Notes under the pieces: model-generated | What the model saw: the letters and a program-made list of their open reading frames with translations, nothing else | What the model was told of the DNA's origin: nothing | The model's database searches: none | NCBI GenBank assembly: GCA_964570325.1 | Contig: CAZMXS010000009.1 | Coordinates: 29,894 to 93,893 of the forward strand | Source of the DNA: an uncultured Verrucomicrobiota bacterium | GTDB taxonomy: Bacteria > Verrucomicrobiota > Kiritimatiellia > CAIQIC01 > CAZMXS01 | Reading direction: 5' to 3' | Length of the DNA stretch: 64,000 nt | Made by a program: the position numbers and the translations under genes | In this document: one piece after another, positions 60,708-64,000 of the stretch | Layout of the letters: each line of letters begins with the position of its first letter | Position numbering within the stretch: position 1 is the stretch's first letter

Positions 60708-61660
60708 AGTTAATGATCCAGATCCCGTGCTGGAATGAGGCGGAAACTTTGCCCGCCACTTTGCGCGATCTCCCGCGGGTGATTCCCGGTATTGAGGTCA
60801 TTGAAGTCCTGGTTATTGACGATGGCAGCGCCGACGGCACGGCCGAGGTTGCGCGTCAGGCGGGCGCGCAGCACGTGCTGCAGTTGGGCACCAACCGCGG
60901 CCTGGCTCAGGCGTTTCAACGCGGGCTGCGTTATGCCATTGAGCGCGGCGCGGATATTGTGGTCAATACCGACGCCGACAACCAGTACCGCGGCGCGGAT
61001 ATCGCCCAACTGGTTCAGCCGATCCTGCTCAACCAGGCCGACGTGGTGATCGGGTCGCGCCCGATCCGGGAGCATCCCGAGTTCGGCGCGCTGAAGAAGG
61101 CGCTGCAACTGGCCGGCAGTTGGACGTTGCGGCGGCTGGCCGGGGTCTCGGTGCGCGACGCCGCCTCCGGCTTTCGCGCGTTCACGCGCGAGGCCGCGCT
61201 GAAATTGAACCTTTATACGACGTTTTCGCACTGTATCGAGTCGCTGATCCAGGCCGGCCGGCTGGGGTTGAGGATCGTTTCCGTGGATGTCGGCGTCAAC
61301 CCGCGCACGCGCCCGTCGCGGTTGTTCCGGAGCATGCCCCAGTATATTTTCCGGCAGGGCGCGACGATGCTCTCGATGTTCGTGCTCTATCGGCCGGGCG
61401 CGTTTTTCTTTTCCGTGGGCGCGGTGTTCATGGCGGCCGCGGCCGCGATCGGGCTGCGTTTCATTTACCTGATCTATCTTGTCGCGCAGCCGGCACCGGG
61501 GCGCACCTATATCCCGTCCTTGATCCTGCTGGCGGTGCTGGCGACGATCGGCTTCCTGCTCTGGATTGCCGGGGTCTTGGGTGAACTGGTCAGTTTCCAG
61601 CGCCGGATCGCGGAGGAGAATTTATACCTGCTCCGTGAAAAACAGAGCGCGCAAAAGTGA
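60704..61660 (+). CDS. GT2 polyprenyl-phosphate glycosyltransferase (GtrB/ArnC/DPM1-like)
   Basis: IQIPCWNE...VIDDGSADGT...TDADNQY motifs and two C-terminal TM segments. Confidence 0.85.
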   Translation: MKLMIQIPCWNEAETLPATLRDLPRVIPGIEVIEVLVIDDGSADGTAEVARQAGAQHVLQLGTNRGLAQAFQRGLRYAIERGADIVVNTDADNQYRGADIAQLVQPILLNQADVVIGSRPIREHPEFGALKKALQLAGSWTLRRLAGVSVRDAASGFRAFTREAALKLNLYTTFSHCIESLIQAGRLGLRIVSVDVGVNPRTRPSRLFRSMPQYIFRQGATMLSMFVLYRPGAFFFSVGAVFMAAAAAIGLRFIYLIYLVAQPAPGRTYIPSLILLAVLATIGFLLWIAGVLGELVSFQRRIAEENLYLLREKQSAQK

Positions 61661-62091
61661 CGGCAGGATTGAACTCCGTCCGGCCAGTTTCTCCCCGCGC
61701 CCGCCTCGGCAAGCTCGTCGCGTTCCTGGCCGCCGGCGCGCCGGCCTTTGGGTTGGCGCTGGGGCTCAATTATCTGCTGGTTGACCGGTTCCGGGCGCCG
61801 GCCGCGCCGGCGTATGCCATTGTGCTGGTGGCGCAGGTAACCCTCAACTACTTCATGTGCCGCTGGTTTGTTTTTCGGGCGGCGGGCCGCCGCGCGCGTT
61901 GGGGTGAATATGGGTTGTTTACCGGCGGCATTCTGGCGTTCCGCGCGGTGGACTGGTTGCTTTATGTGTTCCTGGTCAAGGGGCTGGGTGTTTATTATCT
62001 TGTGGCGCAAGGTCTCAATGTGGTCGTGTTTGCCCTGGCGAAATTCCTGTTCGCGGAGCGCGTGTTGGATCGAAAAACGGAAAACCGATGA
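61657..62091 (+). CDS. GtrA-family membrane protein (putative polyprenyl-P-sugar flippase)
   Basis: 144 aa, 4 TM segments, NYFMCRWFVF motif. GTGA coupling. Confidence 0.75.
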   Translation: MTAGLNSVRPVSPRARLGKLVAFLAAGAPAFGLALGLNYLLVDRFRAPAAPAYAIVLVAQVTLNYFMCRWFVFRAAGRRARWGEYGLFTGGILAFRAVDWLLYVFLVKGLGVYYLVAQGLNVVVFALAKFLFAERVLDRKTENR

Positions 62092-63803
62092 CCCGTCAGG
62101 TCCAGCTCTGGATGCTGGATGAACGGCCGCGCCAGGCGCGGGCTGGAGCCCGCCGCCCGCTTTTTCTGGCCATGCTGGTCGGGCTGGGGCTGCTCAAACT
62201 CTGGCTGGTCGGGGCGCAGCAACTGGCGGCGATCGGCGGCTCCATTCACGACGACGAACTGTTTGTGCGGCAGGCCGGATCCCTCTTGCGCGGTGAATGG
62301 CTGGGCGCTTACGATCAAATGACGTTGATCAAGGGCGTAGTCTATCCCGCCTGGATCGCGCTATCCCGTGCCGCGCACGTCCCGCTGCTGTTGGGCCAGC
62401 ACCTGCTTTACATCGCCGCCTGCTGGTTGTTTGTCGCCGCCCTGCGCCCATTGGTCCGCCGGCGTTGGTGGCTGGCGGCGGCCTTTGCCGTCCTGCTTTT
62501 CAACCCCGCCACGTTGCTCAATGTGCGCGTGGTACGCGAAGGTATTTACCTGGCGTTCACCTTGATGGTCTTTGCCGGCGGCGCGGGGTTGATCGCGCGC
62601 GGCGGGCAATCGCTGAAGACGGTCGCGGGGTGGAGCGCGGGGCTGGGCGCCGCCCTCGCACTTTTTTGGCTGACGCGCGGAGAAGGCGTCTGGATTCTGC
62701 CGTCTGTTCTGTTGATGTTGATGTTTGCGGCTTGGAAGATAATGCGGGAACGCAAAGGTCGGATGGCCTGGCGGCTGGCGGCGCTGTTGCTGCCTTTGCT
62801 CTTGTGCGGCCTGGCCGTGTTGACGGTCTGCGCGGTCAATCGGCGGGTTTACGGCGTGTTCATCACCGACGAGTTCAAGGCGCGCGAGTTCAAGGCGGCT
62901 TACGGCGCGCTGATGCGCGTACGCCCGCGGCAATTTCATCCGTACCTGATGGTGGCCCGTGAAACGCGCGAGCGGATTTACATGTATAGTCCGGCATTCG
63001 CTGAGTTGCGCGAGCATTTGGAAGGCGGGCTCGGGCAAAGATGGGCGGCGCTCGGCGCGAAGTTGAGCGGGTTCAATCCGCGCAGCGGCGAGCTGCCCGG
63101 GATTCTGTTCCTCTGGGCGTTGCGCGATGCCGTTGCCGCAGCGGGACACTGCGGCAGCGCGCCGGAGGCGATGGCTTTTTACGGGCGGCTGGCGGACGAG
63201 GTCAACGCGGCCTGCGATCGCGGCCGGCTGCCGGCCTACCCGCGGCGCGATTCGTTGGCCCCGCGCTGGCGCGCGGAGTATGGGCCATTTTTTATCAAAG
63301 CGCTCCGGCGCGGCGCGCGGGAGTTGATGTCCTTCCAGGAGTTGCCGACCGAGTACAGCCGGGGCACGGATCGGCAATTATCGCTGTTTGCGGAAATGAC
63401 TGGCGAACCGCTGGCGTACGCGCCGGACGATCCGCGCCGGCCGCCGCCCGCGCCGGTGTGGCGTGACCGGTTAAACCGAGTGCGCCTGGCGGTGCTGCGG
63501 CGGACTTTTACCGTGTATCGCGGGCTGGCCTGGCCGGCCGCGTTGCTGGCTCTGGCGGGTCTGGTGTTGGGACCATGGTGGCGGCGCGGCATTTACCCGA
63601 TTTGGGTGGTCGGGGTGGCGGCGCTGGGCGCCGTTGCCGCCCGGATGCTGATGCTGGCCTTCATCGCCTGCTCCTCGTTCGATGGCTTCGCGGCGCGCCA
63701 TATCAGCCCGGTCTACGTCCCCCTGCTGGTATTCATCCTCATGGGGCTGCTGGAACTTGGCTCAACCAGACGATTGCCTGTATCCGGCATGGCAATACGT
63801 TAG
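62088..63803 (+). CDS. Polytopic membrane protein, putative GT-C glycosyltransferase (third component of a Gtr/Arn-like module)
   Basis: About 12 TM segments. Acidic HDDELF in the first external loop. ATGA coupling to gtrA-like. Confidence 0.55.
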   Translation: MTRQVQLWMLDERPRQARAGARRPLFLAMLVGLGLLKLWLVGAQQLAAIGGSIHDDELFVRQAGSLLRGEWLGAYDQMTLIKGVVYPAWIALSRAAHVPLLLGQHLLYIAACWLFVAALRPLVRRRWWLAAAFAVLLFNPATLLNVRVVREGIYLAFTLMVFAGGAGLIARGGQSLKTVAGWSAGLGAALALFWLTRGEGVWILPSVLLMLMFAAWKIMRERKGRMAWRLAALLLPLLLCGLAVLTVCAVNRRVYGVFITDEFKAREFKAAYGALMRVRPRQFHPYLMVARETRERIYMYSPAFAELREHLEGGLGQRWAALGAKLSGFNPRSGELPGILFLWALRDAVAAAGHCGSAPEAMAFYGRLADEVNAACDRGRLPAYPRRDSLAPRWRAEYGPFFIKALRRGARELMSFQELPTEYSRGTDRQLSLFAEMTGEPLAYAPDDPRRPPPAPVWRDRLNRVRLAVLRRTFTVYRGLAWPAALLALAGLVLGPWWRRGIYPIWVVGVAALGAVAARMLMLAFIACSSFDGFAARHISPVYVPLLVFILMGLLELGSTRRLPVSGMAIR

Positions 63804-63951
63804 GTCGGATCATTGAAAATCCTTCCTTGACCGCGGGATATTCAAGCATATATGCGCTCGACGATGGGATTTCAGTGGCCCCCCCTGCGGCACATTCCGG
63901 AACTTGTGCTGGCGTTGAAGCGAAAAAAACGCATAATCTGCGACGCTTTCC

Positions 63952-64000
63952 ATGGTCTTTAGTTCCGTCATATTTCTATTCATGTTCCTGCCGCTGGTGC
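63952..64000 (+). CDS. MBOAT-family O-acyltransferase (AlgI/DltB-like), N-terminal 16 codons only
   Basis: MVFSSVIFLFMFLPLV matches the characteristic MBOAT N-terminus (M.F.S..F..FFLP.V). Truncated by the window end. Confidence 0.5.
   Translation, partial: MVFSSVIFLFMFLPLV

Noticed and set aside
1-64000. Search by eye for tRNA, rRNA, tmRNA, riboswitch consensus cores and CRISPR repeats in all intergenic spacers.
   Set aside because: I found no T-loop/acceptor-like GGTTCGAATCC-type segments, rRNA-like stretches or known riboswitch cores. A covariance-model scan (tRNAscan/Infernal-type) would be needed to exclude them formally.

Overview
High-GC (about 65%) bacterial chromosomal segment with densely packed operons, many of them translationally coupled through ATGA/TAATG overlaps. 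PEP-CTERM and IPTL-CTERM/exosortase-H sorting signals, TPR-fused envelope enzymes and sulfatase-like proteins suggest a PVC-type organism (Verrucomicrobiota/Kiritimatiellota/Planctomycetota-like); this is inference only. Gene content in order: (1) a LacI-type fragment and a DUF3313 lipoprotein. (2) A coupled 6-gene operon of a GNAT-like protein, a thiolase-like protein, DUF35, DUF2877, FdrA and DUF1116. (3) A cyclase-family protein and a HAD phosphatase. (4) An ABC importer on the minus strand, an OPA-family MFS transporter and DUF805. (5) Two tandem retropepsin-like lipoproteins. (6) A xanthine-dehydrogenase-family Mo/2Fe-2S/FAD trio with divergent MocA. (7) A NitT/TauT-type ABC importer. (8) gpsA and plsY. 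(9) A NarL-type two-component pair. (10) A lower-GC accessory stretch (30.4-37 kb) with VapBC, a frameshifted HigB/RelE-like toxin plus XRE antitoxin, HicB with a hicA stub, a secreted-repeat/PEP-CTERM cassette and two DUF4143 ATPases. (11) An envelope-modification region (37-64 kb) holding an STT3-like membrane protein, two sulfatase-like-TPR proteins, GT39-TPR, a split spermidine-synthase-like-TPR gene, an XrtH/IPTL-CTERM cassette, a pentapeptide-repeat protein, a mini FlgC-like ORF and a 10-kb coupled glycan operon (SDR, GT-C-like proteins, SGNH, FrhB-like, GT2, GtrA, MBOAT). I recognised no rRNA, tRNA, CRISPR array, transposase or integrase. The most unusual non-coding signals are at least 15 short arrays with a strict 7-nt period placed on gene boundaries, a phased T-tract element directly upstream of several start codons, and GC-rich REP-like motifs. 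Two genes are broken at long homopolymers (G8, T11), which may reflect sequencing error. All functional calls come from motif and family recognition by eye; no searches were run.
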